A stretch of 64,000 bases of DNA from Octopus sinensis. Lineage: Eukaryota. This document shows, piece after piece, positions 27,658 through 40,711 of the stretch; position 1 is the first letter of the stretch; each line of letters starts with the position of its first letter. A model generated the notes under the pieces. The model was not told the origin of the DNA, ran no database searches, and was given only the letters and a program-made list of their open reading frames with translations. Location of the stretch: assembly GCF_006345805.1 (NCBI RefSeq), contig NC_043000.1:79856001-79920000 (forward strand), read 5' to 3'. The translations under genes and the position numbers were made by a program.

Positions 27658-27761
27658 AACTACAGAGAAAATTCCTGAGCTTGCAGCAACAGTTGAAAGA
27701 CATCAGTGAGAAACATGAAAAAGAGAGAAAGCAGAGGAAACAGTTACACAATGACTTGATG
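27658..27761 (+). CDS. Internal coding exon, neck region of a C-terminal-motor kinesin (kinesin-14/KIF25/KIFC-like)
   Basis: Acceptor cctttgatAG|AACTA and donor GATG|GTAAAG. Encodes (E)LQRKFLSLQQQLKDISEKHEKERKQRKQLHNDLM, matching the E-x-x-x-R-K-x-L-H-N-x-L-x motif that precedes ELxGNIRV in kinesin-14 proteins. Confidence 0.8.
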
Positions 27762-28009
27762 GTAAAGTCACTTCCTTATTCTATTTTACATCATATATCA
27801 TTCACTAAACTCTATATTATACACTATGCATTCTACATTGTGTAGTATTTCATTGCTATAAAACTTCAACAGCCAACAGCCAACAGCAAAAGCCTGCATA
27901 TTATGACTCCTTTGGTAATGTGTTTTTCTCCATCCTCACAGCCATATTAATAGTATTCATAATTGGGTTCACTCTATTCCTTTTTTTTTTTGTTTACATA
28001 TACTGTGAT

Positions 28010-28310
28010 GGCAGTGGCTTAGTGGTTAGAAGTATTCCGCTCACAATCTTAATGTCATGAGTTTTGTCCCTGGTGGCATATGTCCTTGAGCAACTTTATT
28101 TCATGGTGCTCCAGTCCACTCAACTTTCAAAAATGAGTTGTACATGTAAATCATTCTGTAAAACATTCTGTATCCCACTGAATCTCCCTGAGAACTATGT
28201 TAAAAGTACATGTGTCTGTAGAGTGCTCAGCTACTTGCACGTTAATTTCATGAGCAGGCTCTGTTGATTGGCTCATTGATACACTCATTATCATAACCAA
28301 TAGAGTACCA
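28010..28310 (+). mobile_element. tRNA-derived SINE family C
   Basis: gtggcttagtggttag...gtccttgagcaa...gctccagtccactca...tgaatctccctgagaacta.gttaa...gctcagctacttgcacgttaatttc; other copies at 58360-58965. Confidence 0.85.
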
Positions 28311-29314
28311 TATTTACATATATATTAGAATTGGCAGAACATCTGAAAAATATCTTGTGATATTTACTTAGGGCCCTTAGTTCTAAGGATCATATAAATA
28401 ACTGTAATATTCATATGCAGGTGGTTAATGTGATCCATTATATCTACTCCCCACAGTATACAATCTTCAGTGTTTGATATAAACAATCATGAACCTGCCA
28501 TCACAATTTGTAACTTTATACCACTTCTACTCACAAAGTTTGAATTAACATGTCATTATGATAAAATACCCTTTCCCAAGATGCTGTGCAATGAATCAAA
28601 CTTTAGACCTGGTTTTTGTGAATATGTTAACTATCATCCACACACACATACACACAGGTTTCGGCATAGTTTCCACCAACCAAATTTAATGAACAATCTG
28701 TTGGTTGGTGAATCCAAGACTATTGTAGAAGAATCTTGGTGAAAGTTCCCAGGAGTGAAATTGAACATGGAACCATGTAATTGTGAGGTAAACTTTCTCT
28801 TCACAACACGACCACATCTCCATCCACAATTACATCCCATTACATTCTAACTATAAATCCTGCCAAAGCTGACTTTTCCATTTATATTAGGGATGCTGAA
28901 ATTTCAAGGATGAGTTCAAAGAAGCATAAAGCATGTAAATATATATATTCATCCAAAACTTCATCACCATCGTTATTTCTAATGATGGTGATTATATTTT
29001 AAATAAATATATTTATGATATGTTTTGTGCAGAATTGAACTCATTGCAGGAAATGTTACATTATTTTTTGATACTCCAATATTTCTATGGTTTTTAAAAT
29101 AAGTATGAGTCACAATCACTGGTGGAAATATGTTGCATGAATTCCACTGGTGGAAAATTGAAGCATGTATTTGTAGTTTGGAGAACAATAGTTGGGCAAA
29201 GATTCATGTCCTTGGCAGTTAGGGTAGTCTTGGATTTGTTAGGTTTTCTTGATTGGTGCTAGTTGGAGATTCTGTATCACAAAGGCAGTATCAGCCATAT
29301 ATTTTGTATACTAG

Positions 29315-29765
29315 AGGCGCAAGAGTGGCTGTATGGTAAGTAGCTTACTTACCAACCACATGGCTCTGGCTCAGTCTCACTACATGGCACCTTGGACAAA
29401 TGTCTTCTGCTATAGCCTCAGGTAAACCGAAGCCTTGTGATTGGATTTGGTAGATGGTAACTGAAAGAAGCCTGTCATATATATATATACATATATATAT
29501 ATATAAATGTATGTATGTATGTATGTATGTATGTATGTATGTATGTATGTATGTGTGTGTGTTTGTGTGTCTGTGTTTGTTCCCCCAACATTGCTTGACA
29601 ACCGATGCTGGTGTGTTTACGTACCCTGTAACTTAGCAGTTTGGCAAAAGAGACTGATAAAATAAGTACTAGGCTTACAATGAACAAGTCCTGGGGTCGT
29701 TTTGCTTGACTAAAGGCAGTGCTCCAGCATCGCTGCAGTCAAATGACTGAAACAAATAAACAAAT
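29315..29765 (+). mobile_element. SINE family A, full length
   Basis: ggcgcaagagtggctgtatggtaag head through gcagtcaaatgactgaaac tail. Confidence 0.9.
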
Positions 29766-29931
29766 AAAAAAATATGTATAATTCTGTTTCCTTGCCTTCC
29801 TTGCCCCATCCAATTTTGTATAAACACCCACTACACACAAATTGTAACCTGTTTTTTTAATGTCCCCACTTCTTAAGACTTGCTGCAAATAAAAGAAATC
29901 ATCAAACCATCATCATCATCATCATTATTAT

Positions 29932-30268
29932 TAAGGGGACAAGCTGGCTAAAGTGTTAGCATGCCACACAAAATGGTTAGCAGCATTTCGTCCATTTTGA
30001 GTTTAAATTCTGCCAAGATTCATCATCATCATATGCCCATTTTCTATGCTGGCATGGGTTGGATGGTTTGACTGAGATCTGGAAAGCCAGCAACTGCACC
30101 AGGCTCCAATCTGATCTGGCATAGTTTCTACAGCTTGATGACCTTCCTAACGTCAACCACTCCGAGAGTGTAGTGAGTGCTTTTTACATGCCACTAGCAC
30201 AAGAGCCAGTTTGGCAGGCCTGGCATTGATTGCATTTGGACAGTGCTTTTCCCTTTTTTATTGTTGAC

Positions 30269-30339
<71 letters not shown>

Positions 30340-30745
30340 TATTATTATTATTATTATTTTTATTGTTTTGATTCTCACTGTTCTAATTGCGGTTGTTCTT
30401 TACTTGAAAGCAGGCAATAACAAATTACCAAAGGTTTCAAGTAGTGCCTTCTCTTGTGACTCAAAGAGACAATGCTCTCCTTAGAGTGTAAACTATACCC
30501 AACAATGCCATCTTCTGGATCACTTCGAGCCTGAGGTTGGCAAGTTGACAGAATTGTTAGCATGCTGGGTGAAATGCTTAGCAACATTTCCTCTGTCTTT
30601 ATGTCCTGAGATCAAATTCCACTGAGGTCGACTTTGCTTTCATCCTTTCAGGGTCAATAAAATAAATACCAGTTTAAAACTGGGATTGATGCAATTGACT
30701 TACCTTTATCATAAAATTTCTGGCCTTGTGCCAAAATTTGAAATC
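29932..30745. mobile_element. Cluster: partial SINE B (+), RTE tail (-, 30020-30250), (ATT)n, SINE B (+, 30530-30745)
   Basis: Diagnostic motifs shared with the other copies in the window. Confidence 0.8.
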
Positions 30746-30779
30746 ATTACTATTATTATTTTATTCTGTCATTTCATAT

Positions 30780-33700
30780 GATTGGTGTTGTGTCTGGTTT
30801 AATTATGCTTTGTATCAAGTCACAACAAGTGCTCTAGTATGACGAGTATTTTCTCCCCTTCTATATAAATGTTTTTTCTGCTCTTCATATCTGTTCTTTG
30901 TAATGAAGACTTTCTTCATAATTCCTGCTGAACCTATTATACCTGTTTTCTACATTGTAGGTACTTCCAGATTAAGATGAAATGTTTCAAAATTTGCTCT
31001 CAAAATACTTTGTCATTTCTAACCTAGTTAATTTCTCAGTTCCAGTATTTGTGGATTCCATGTTTCAGATTGGTATAATGCAATACATTTGTCTTTCCCC
31101 ACTTTTTTTTAATTCTTTATCACATGGGCATACGCCTTCGTTTGTAATACATAGTTTCTTCTTATCAATAGCTCCAGTATCTGGTCTACTGTGTGTTCTT
31201 CATTCAGTTTGTATAAGGAAGTCTCATAACAACATTTCTTTATCATTTTTGAGGAATTTCTTTTCTATTCTCACAAAAAATTTATTACTCATTTTTGCAC
31301 TCAGAAAATCAAATTTCTTACAAAATTTCCATTGAAATATTTCAGCAATCTTATTCAACACTTATTGTATTCATTCTGGTACAATGTGAGCTATAGTCCC
31401 ATCTGAGTTATCACATATTCTACACGTATTTGAATAGCTCTTCTGATTTTTCATCTTCTTGATTCATTTGATCCTTAGAGCCTGTTTCTCTGCTGCCAAA
31501 ATTATTTCTTTGCTCTTATTCCAATACTTTTTTGGGGGGGATTTTTAACCATAGCCAATGCTGTCTTTGCCCTCCCTTATCTCTCTTGTGTTTTGGGAAA
31601 ACACTGAGTGAAGTTTATTTCCTTCAAAGTTTGATTTTTTTTCTTTTTCAAATTTTCCTGTTTTCTGTCTTTAGGTACCACAAATTCTGTAAATAGTTCT
31701 TTATTTATTACTGCCTTAAAAAATGTTTTTTTTTTGTTTTGTTTTAAGGCAAAAACCTTGATTTTTTTCCTCTATTTCTTCAACACTCAGTAATACTCTT
31801 CCTTCAAATCTTTTCTAGCATAACCTCTCTGCATCATATTGGAGATGCACAATTTTCTGTATTGTGAGCTGCATCCTTCCTTTCCTCTTGATATCCTTCA
31901 ACTCATTCTTCCTCTATTCATTGTTTCCTGCTTTGTATCTTATTAGTGATACTACTCTCAAGAAGATTATTTGTATGATGTTTCCCATTCAATTTGGATT
32001 TTAAAATCTTCACTCAGCAAAAATATTCTTTAGGGCTTCCTTCATTTCTATACTTTTGATTTTGTCATTTTCCAGTATTCCCAATCATTTATGCTTCTTT
32101 TATCGGTAATGATTTTATATTCTTATCATCAAGTAAATCTATTCCAATACTTTTCATGGATTTTCAGTATTTCATTTCTATTTTAACATGTTTCTTAATT
32201 TTGTAAGTCATCTGAACATTGCAACTAAATATTCTTACAGTTTGTACTGTGGATTCCTGTTGGTACTTGTCTTTACCATAAAACTTTATACCATCATAAA
32301 GAGGAGATGATTAATTTTCTCTTTATTCTTTACCAGTAAGCAGTTTTGCGTTTAGTATAATTAACAAAGGGATGAGTGCAATTACAAATAAGATAAGAGA
32401 AAAGCTTTTGCCTTGAAAGATTCTTCTTCTGATCAGTATGTCTACTCATTTTTTCCCCTTTCTGATATTAACTCTTCTACCTTGTATTGTATCTTCTAAT
32501 AGACACCAAACATTTTTTGATATCACAGCTTGAGCCATGAATGTGGAAGCAAGTCATGCACTCTTCAATGATTGATCCTCAGAATGCTTAGATTTGCCAA
32601 TCTTTGCAATTCTTCTAGAAATTCTTGTTAATCATTAATTGGTCTTTCATTCCTATACTATTGTTGCCGCAGACTTTTTTATTCATTAGACATCAGCTGT
32701 CTCTCGTATATGTGTTGGTTTAGTTCTGCAGTTATCCTAAAAAGTTCCTGGCTTTGGGTAAAAGGAAAAACACAGGCGGATCAGTTAATTATGATTTTAT
32801 TCAACATATTCCTCTCTCAGCTTCGCACACTTATTGTGGTGGTCCTTTAGCTTTTCTAAGCCCTGTAAAAGAAATCGGAATGTTGGGCCTCCACCCAGGC
32901 CTTTTACAATACCTTTAAAGCCAGGAACTTTTCAATACCCCCTTGTAATTGGTACACATGTAATTGGTCAGTAATTTGTCTTTCATTATTAGACAAGTTC
33001 TTTCTTTTGTTAACCACAATTGTACATCCCCTTTAGTTACACATTCATTTACTCCTATCACTATGGTTTCATGAAGACTCATAATCTCGTTCAGCCTATA
33101 GTCATGGACACTGTCTGGTCTTTCTACTTTCCACATTCCTACCTTTTTAACTGATTTTTAATATTTACTTTCATGACGATTAACATTTCTGCACCTCAAC
33201 ATTTTTAGTGTAATTTTCCACTTGCTTTATCCACTCTGCTTTATTATTGTGTTTGGCATTTTTTCCTGAGTTTATCCTCCAGACAGCTTATTTTATTCAA
33301 GATTCAATCTTATGTTATCATTTCTCTCATTTCCTTCAAGAATATCAAATAAGTATGACTGGTTTGATTGTAAAAGGATATTTTGCATATATCAGGATAT
33401 TCTTCCTTTGTATTTTGTGATTTTGGTTCGTCTCAATTTTTCCTTTTTGAGATACATTTCCTATAATTTACCTTTCTCTCCTTTCTTAAATTATCTCTGC
33501 TTTCATTTGTCCAGTTTACTTATATATTTTTTCCCCCTAAGGCTGCTAATGTTCGTTAATATGCACCTTTTCCACCAAGGTATCTGTCGGTTCTTTCTCC
33601 TCTTTTTTTTCTCCAACTAGTCTGCAATTATCAATGCCTTGGGATCTTTAATTTTTTCACTGGTAATTATATCAATTACAGTTCACTGTTGATGTTTTTC

Positions 33701-34000
33701 TTTAACTTTGATTCAATTCACTGTCCTCAAATTAACTGTCTCTAGGGTCTCTGATTCTCTAAATTTCTGCCTCAGTTTTTCAATTATTGTTGTTTCAGTT
33801 GTTTGCCTTCAACATATGCATTTACAGAGTTCTACATAAAGAGGTGACTCCTTCCAGGATTATTGAGAATTTCTTTTTTTACTTACAAAGAGCTTCAGAA
33901 TATTTAAAAGTCCATCTCATTGTTGAAGTTGAAAAGAATTGTACGTATACTCATTTTCACAAACATCCAGTTTGTTTTGTTTATTAGTAACTTAATATGG
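30780..34000 (-). mobile_element. Ancient, heavily decayed but nearly full-length R4/Dong-like LINE
   Basis: Remnants: N-terminal MRWT (~33915), WK..RPDSVHDY and WLTKERTCLIMKDK (32950-33136), IFQG (~32415), NHLLF and IKLYG (~32280-32320), RPDTGAID (~31170). Confidence 0.65.
32735..32947. mobile_element. Mariner-type MITE of about 210 bp inserted in the decayed LINE
   Basis: Inverted aaaagttcctggcttt / aaagccaggaactttt; right end ...caatacccccttgTA (TACAAGGGGG terminus); left end eroded. Confidence 0.75.
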
Positions 34001-34733
34001 CCATCTTTGCAGTTATGACAGCAGTGAACTAGTCCCAATGAAATATTTTTAAATACAGAAATGGTTAAAAAAAAACTGGTAAAAATGACAGTTACAGGCA
34101 CATTTATAGACATGAAAACAAAAACAGTTTTAATTTGAGAAACACAGAATGGAAAAGTGGATAAAACACAAATTAAATGACAGCAATAAAAGCACTATCA
34201 CCACCATCAACAACAACCTATTTTTGCAGCTAATGTAAACTAGAATAACATACAAGATGTGAGGCTGCTCCGAGCAAAAGAAAAGCATGTTAGAGGTGCG
34301 CCACAAAAGTGTGTGCCTCCTTCTCTAAGGATTTACTTAAGAAAATACTAAGAAGGAAAGTGGTATAGCATTATCATTGACACTTGAAATGCTGTCACCT
34401 TTATAGCTCAGTGCAGGAATATTTCGAATGAGTGATCTGCAATAATATGTGGTTGGGTGGGTACTGTACAGAACTCCAGATCCTGATGACTGCCCAAAGA
34501 CCATAGGATGTTTCTGGAGCATTACCCCATTGGGGAGTAAAGAGGTAGTGGAGGAGATATGGCCTTGGGGTTGTATGTGTAGTAGTAAAGGTCGCTTGGT
34601 GTTTCTGCAGAGGTTGACTTTGCCTTTCTTCCTTTTGGGGTCAATAAATTAGGCACCTGTGAAACACTGGGGTCGTTGTAGTCAACTGGTCCCCTCCCAT
34701 GAAATTCCAGGCCTTGTGCTTATAGTAGAAGGG

Positions 34734-34778
<45 letters not shown>

Positions 34779-34779
34779 T

Positions 34780-35632
34780 TTCCTTCTTTCTTCAAATTTT
34801 CTTCCGTTTCTCGCCAAGTGTTTTCCGTACACCTAGGGCAGAGAAGCTCATTGTATGCATTCCCAGATTACATACACAAATTCACAGGTAAAATATGTAT
34901 TTGAAAAATTAATAAATAAATAAATTCATGAATGGATGTAGTTTTCACAGCAATAATGCTCTTCTCAGTACATGAGCCATTCCAGTCAGCATGATTTTTT
35001 GCACTTCCTGTAGCCTGGTATCATTTTCAAATAGGTTTCAGTACCTATTTTTATAATTCCTAGAGATCCCACAGTCACTGGTACTGTAGTCGCCCTGAGA
35101 TGCCACATTTTTTCAATTTCCATTAGCACGTCCTTATATTTACTAATTTTGTCAATTTCTTTCACAGCTATATTGTGATCGTAAGGAATACTCATGTCAA
35201 TTAACAAACACATCCTTCTTGTTTGATCTTTTATGATAATATCTGGTTTATTAGCTTTTATAGTTCTGTTGGTATGTACGGGGAAGTCCCACAGAATCGA
35301 CACATTTTCTCCCTCAGTCACAGCTTTAGGATGGTGTTTATACCATTTGTCAGCGGTTTTGATTTTATAATGCCGACATATTCTCCAGTGTAAATACTGG
35401 CTGACTCTGTCATGTCTTGCTTTATATTCTACAAGTGCTAAGACTCTACACCCTGAGATTAGGTGGTCTATTGTTTCAATCTCATTGTTACAGAATCGGC
35501 ATTTTGGGTCAGCTCCATTTTTTATCACATTGGCTTGGTAGTTCCGGATTAATAAACATTGGTCTTGAGCAGCTAATATGAAACCTTCACTTTCCGCTTT
35601 TAGCCCTGAGCTTCATAACCATTGGTGCGTGT
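34780..35632 (-). mobile_element. 5'-truncated R4/Dong-like element flanked by (AAT)n
   Basis: CRFCNNEIETIDHLISGC, RHDRV, ILWDFPVHT, NKPDIIIKD and LIDMSIP; 3' UTR homologous to 62720-62800. Confidence 0.93.
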
Positions 35633-35637
35633 GTTTC

Positions 35638-36067
<430 letters not shown>

Positions 36068-36068
<1 letters not shown>

Positions 36069-36672
36069 CAGTAGTTTTATTTTTATAGCGTGCTTTGTGC
36101 CTTGGGTATGTGTTGTAATTTGTTGTGATGCTCTGATGGTTACTGTATTGAAAGTGTTCTGCGTAGGATGTGTGCAGTGCCTAGTAGTGCAATTTTCTGT
36201 ATGTTATATGTGTTTGTAAGTCCTGGTGTTTTTGTTATGTATTTGTCTGAATATTTTTTTATCATGCCTAATGCACCTACTATGATAGGAATTGTTTCTG
36301 TTTTTAGATTCCACATTCTAGTTACCTCTATTTCCAGGTCTTTGCATTTTGAAGGTTTCTCCATTTCTTTTAGAGACACGTTGTCATCTGCTGGCATTGA
36401 TACATCAATTAGGAAGCATTTTTTTCTTCATGATCTCTGACAACTATATCTGGCCTATTGGCCTTAATTTCTCTATCTGTGTGTATTGGCATATCCCAGA
36501 GTATGGTTGCTTTCTCATTTTCTGTGATCTTTTCAGGTGTGTTCCTATACCATCTTTTTTCTGTTGTTATTCCATAATGTTGGCATAGCTTCCAGTGTAT
36601 GTAGGTCCCAACTCTGTCGTGTCTGTGAATATATTCCTTCTTAGCCAGGACTGGGCGGCCAGAGATAATATG
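36068..36672 (-). mobile_element. 5'-truncated R4/Dong-like copy, same family as 37200-38912
   Basis: HIISG.PVLAKKEYIHRHDRVG, NRPDIVV and TIPIIVGALG; shared 3' UTR. Confidence 0.93.
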
Positions 36673-36674
36673 AG

Positions 36675-36717
<43 letters not shown>

Positions 36718-36764
36718 TAATAATAATAATAATAATAATAATAATTATTATTATTATTATTATT

Positions 36765-37180
36765 GTTATTTTATGTTTGACTTTTGCTTTACATTTGTAC
36801 GAGTTGGCTCCAAGTCTCACCCAGAGACCTCGATGTTATGCCTGGGGTGCCATGTATTTGGTTTTGTACATAGTGTTGTTTTAGAGAATGTTTAAGAAAC
36901 CACAAGAAAATTATGTTTGTTTTAAAACTTGAGATTACATAGAAAGTATTTTGCATAGGATATGAGCAGTTTCCATGAGCACAGTCTTTTGGGGTTTCTT
37001 GATATCTGCGCTAGGTACCAATCAGCCCCTTTTGCTATCATTCCCAGAGCACCTATGACAACAGGTATTGTTTTAGTCTTCAGGTTCTACATTTTACTAA
37101 TTTCTATTTCAACATCTTTATATTTGATTAGTTTTTGGTAGGTCTTGACAGATACATTTATATCGATTGGGACAGTCATT
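36765..37180 (-). mobile_element. Short 3' fragment of another R4/Dong-like family between (AAT)n arrays
   Basis: TVPIDINVSVKTYQKLIKYKDVEIEISKM and TIPVVIGALGMI. Confidence 0.85.
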
Positions 37181-37199
37181 ATTATTATTATTATTATTA

Positions 37200-38910
37200 T
37201 TCAGTAGTTTTATTTTTATAGCGTGCTTTCACTTCACTACCGAGCGCAGCTCTGTGTGCCTTGGGTATGTGCTGTGATTTGTTGTGATGCTCTGATGGTT
37301 ATTGTATGGAAAGTGTTCTGCGTAGGATGTGTGCAGTGCCTAGTAGTGCAATTTTCTGTATGTTATATGTGTTGTAAGTCCTGGTGTTTTTGTTATGTAT
37401 TTGTCTGAATATTTTTTTATCATGCCTAATGCACCTACTATGATAGGAATTGTTTCTGTTTTCAGGTTCCACATTCTAGTTATCTCTATTTCCAGGTCTT
37501 TGTATTTTGAGAGTTTCTTCATTTCTTTTAGAGACACGTTGTCATCTGCCGGTATTGATACATCAATTAGAAAGCATTTTTTTTCTTCATGATCTCTGAT
37601 AACTATATCTGGTCTGTTGGCCTTAATTTCTCTATCTGTGTGTATCGGCATATCCCAGAGTATGGTTGCTTTCTCGTTTTCTGTGACCTTTTCTGGTGTG
37701 TGCCTATACCATCTTTTTTCTGTTGTTATTCCAAAATGTTGGCATAGCTTCCAATGTATGTAGGTTCCAACTCTGTCATGTCTGTGAATATATTCCTTCT
37801 TAGCCAGGACTGGGCAGCCAGAGATAATATGATTTATTGTTTCTTGTCCATCTCCACATATTCTGCAGTTACTTGTAATATTTCTTTTCATTACATGTTT
37901 TTGGTAATTTCTGGTGGGGAGGCTTTGGTCTTGTGCTGCAATTAAAAATCCCTCTGTTTCTGCTTTGAGTCCTGAGCTTCTCAACCATTGCTGGGATTTT
38001 TCTTTGTCTATTTCTTTTGCGTTTAGTTTAGTGCAGTATTTACCATGAAGGGGCTTTTCTTGCCATCGTTTTATCATGGCTCGTTGCTGTTCTATTTTTA
38101 GTTTGGATTTCATTTGTTTTATAGCTTTTGTTGTTTCTTCATCATCTTCTTCTTCTTCTTTGTGTTTATTAGGTGGTATAATTTCTTGTTTGTATTTGTC
38201 AGCTTCCTTAAATACTGAGAACAGTTTTTTGTTTTGCTCGTGTTTTGCTGCTATCTGGATCAGTTTTACTTCCTTCTGAAGTAGGTATTTTTGCAGTCCT
38301 ATGGTGGTTATTTTATAGTAGTTTTCCAGCTGTATAAGGCCTCTACCACCTTCTATACGTTGTATATATAGTCTTTCTATGTCAGATTTTGGGTGATGCA
38401 TCCTAGATCCTGTCAGTATTTTTCTTGTTTTCCTATCTATTTTGGACAGTTCATTTCGTGTCCAGTTAAGGATATTGTAGCTGTAACTTATAACTGGGAC
38501 AGCTAAAGTGTTGATACCTATTATCTTGTTTTTAGCATTGAGCTCTGTTTTTAGTATTGATCTAACTCGTCTATAATATTCTTTTTTTATTTTCTCTTTC
38601 ATTTGTGTGTGTTGTGTCTTATCTAGTTCATGGATTCCTAAGTATTTGTAAGTTTGGCTTTGGTCTAATTCTTTTATTTCATTGGTTTTATCTAGTGTGA
38701 TGTTGTTACTCTTAACTAGTTTTCCTCTTTTCATGGTTACTTTGGCGCATTTTTCTAATCCAAATTTCATATCTATTTCTTTGGTAAATCCATGAACTGT
38801 CTTTAATAGTGTTTCCAGCTGTTTGTCATTTGCAGCGTATAGTTTTAGGTCATCCATATATAAAAGGTGGCTGATCGTTTTGCCGTAACATTTATATCCG
38901 CATCCAGTTC

Positions 38911-38912
<2 letters not shown>
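37200..38912 (-). mobile_element. Young 5'-truncated R4/Dong-like retrotransposon; 505-aa open frame (37340-38857) covering RT C-terminus, CCHC and RLE
   Basis: SHLLYMDDLKLYA, FGLEKC, YKYLG, GGRGL, AAQDQSL, CRIC..ETINHIISGC, RHDRV and NRPDIVI..D...LIDVSIP; flanked by (AAT)n. Confidence 0.96.
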
Positions 38913-38970
<58 letters not shown>

Positions 38971-38997
38971 TATATTATTATTATTATTATTATTATT

Positions 38998-39548
38998 GAG
39001 TGAGAAAGCAGTGTATGCCATCAAGATGGCACTGGGGTAAAATATACAAAGCCCAGTATACCCATCATGACTAATAAGGGTACACTAGGTACATGTAACA
39101 CATCCATATGTGCGCGACATGGTGATCTCATATCAAGATAAACAGAACATTACCTTGCAGGTGGGGCCAAGTTAGAATTTTCTTCAGATTGAGTAGCCCA
39201 TCCCACTCAAAAAGTCCCTGAATAAGGGTTGAATAAGGATGATGAATGAAACACCCATATTTTTAGGGGTGAATTATCCAACCCCCAAATAATTCCTCTG
39301 AACACATGGCTATGATGCTCCTCCACTACTTCTGCTCATGATCAGAGATGCACATATCGTCAGCTACTAAAAGACATACTCAATTGGTCAAGGTCAAGCA
39401 ACTGACAAGCAAATCTGTGGTATTGAGCAGAATATTTGCTGTAGCCCATTTTTTATACCAAGACTAAACAATTTACATTATAATACTTCCAATCAGTTAA
39501 GATAAGAAGCCATGAGAGCCCCTGCCTGGCACAGCATCAGGGCATTTA
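38998..39548 (-). mobile_element. Second copy of the (AAT)n-embedded non-coding repeat
   Basis: Colinear with 7623-8142, same termini (gagtgaga...catcagggca.ttatt). Confidence 0.8.
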
Positions 39549-39581
39549 TCATTATTATTACTATTATTATTATTATTATTA

Positions 39582-39630
<49 letters not shown>

Positions 39631-40156
39631 CATCATAAAGATGCCAAAATTACTAAAACTGAATGAAGTCATTAAGACACTTGTCCAACCCTTGCCACCA
39701 TGGAAAGTAGATTTAAACTGATGCTTGTGATGATGATATATATATAAATATACTGTCTCTGAGATAGCATATTTTACATTGATTTCACATCATTGTATCA
39801 TACATTTCTCTAGTGTATATGCATAAGTATACATATGACATGCATGTGGGAAGACATGCAACATAAAGGCAGCTTATATAATCAAATGTTACATACAAAA
39901 TGAAAATGAAGTGAAGCAAGCCAATATATATATATTTAATAGCAATGTAATTATAGTGATGGTGGCATAATAAAAGTTCCCAACACACACTGTAAAGTTG
40001 CTGGAATTAGGAAGGGCATCCAACTGTAGGAACTATTCCAAAGTGGATGTTAGAGCAGGAAGCAGACCTTGGACACCTCAGATCTTATTGACTTATCCAA
40101 GCCATGCAGCATGGAATATGAATGTTAAATGAGAGGATGATGATGATGATTATATA

Positions 40157-40650
40157 TATATTGTTGTATTTAGGAATGGTCATTTTGCCAGTTTAGCCAA
40201 TAAAAACACACGCACTATATATTTGGTGCTACTTTGCTTCAGCATTATTTATTTTTTACATTAATCTTAATCTTATTTCGGCCAGAGTTCTTTCATCACA
40301 CTCCTGTGACCGCATCAGTGGTCCTTTGCTTTCTTCTTTCTTATTTGTGTGTCTCTCCTTACTAGCGGTCAGCCATTTTGTATTTTGTATTTTTCTTCAT
40401 TTGCACATGCGTATATCTCTATGTGTGTCTATGTTTAGTTAGTGTGTGTGTGGGGGGAAGTGCCTGTAATATTTGTATCTCTGGCTGAAGTAAGATTAAG
40501 ATTAATATAAAAAATAAATAACGCTGAAGCAAAGTAACACCAAATATATAGTGCGTGTGTTTTTATTGGCTAAACTGGCAAAATGACCATTCCTAAATAC
40601 AACAATATCTGTTTCAACACATGATTTCACATCGAAAATCTTGCAAAACA
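40157..40650. mobile_element. Short PLE-type palindromic element (inverted arms about 130 bp) in (TA)n
   Basis: 40157-40288 is the reverse complement of 40479-40608; minus strand has CTGATGC-GGTCA...TGGCC-GAAA at 40275-40320. Confidence 0.75.
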
Positions 40651-40711
40651 AATATATATATATGCATATATATAGGTGAGAGAGTTGGTATGTGAAAGCA
40701 CATGGTTGGAT

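Noticed and set aside
34470-34525. SECIS element or hammerhead (CTGATGA...AAA...GA)
   Set aside because: ATGA-to-AA spacing of 6 nt is too short for a SECIS, and no stem II/GAAA follows the CTGATGA.
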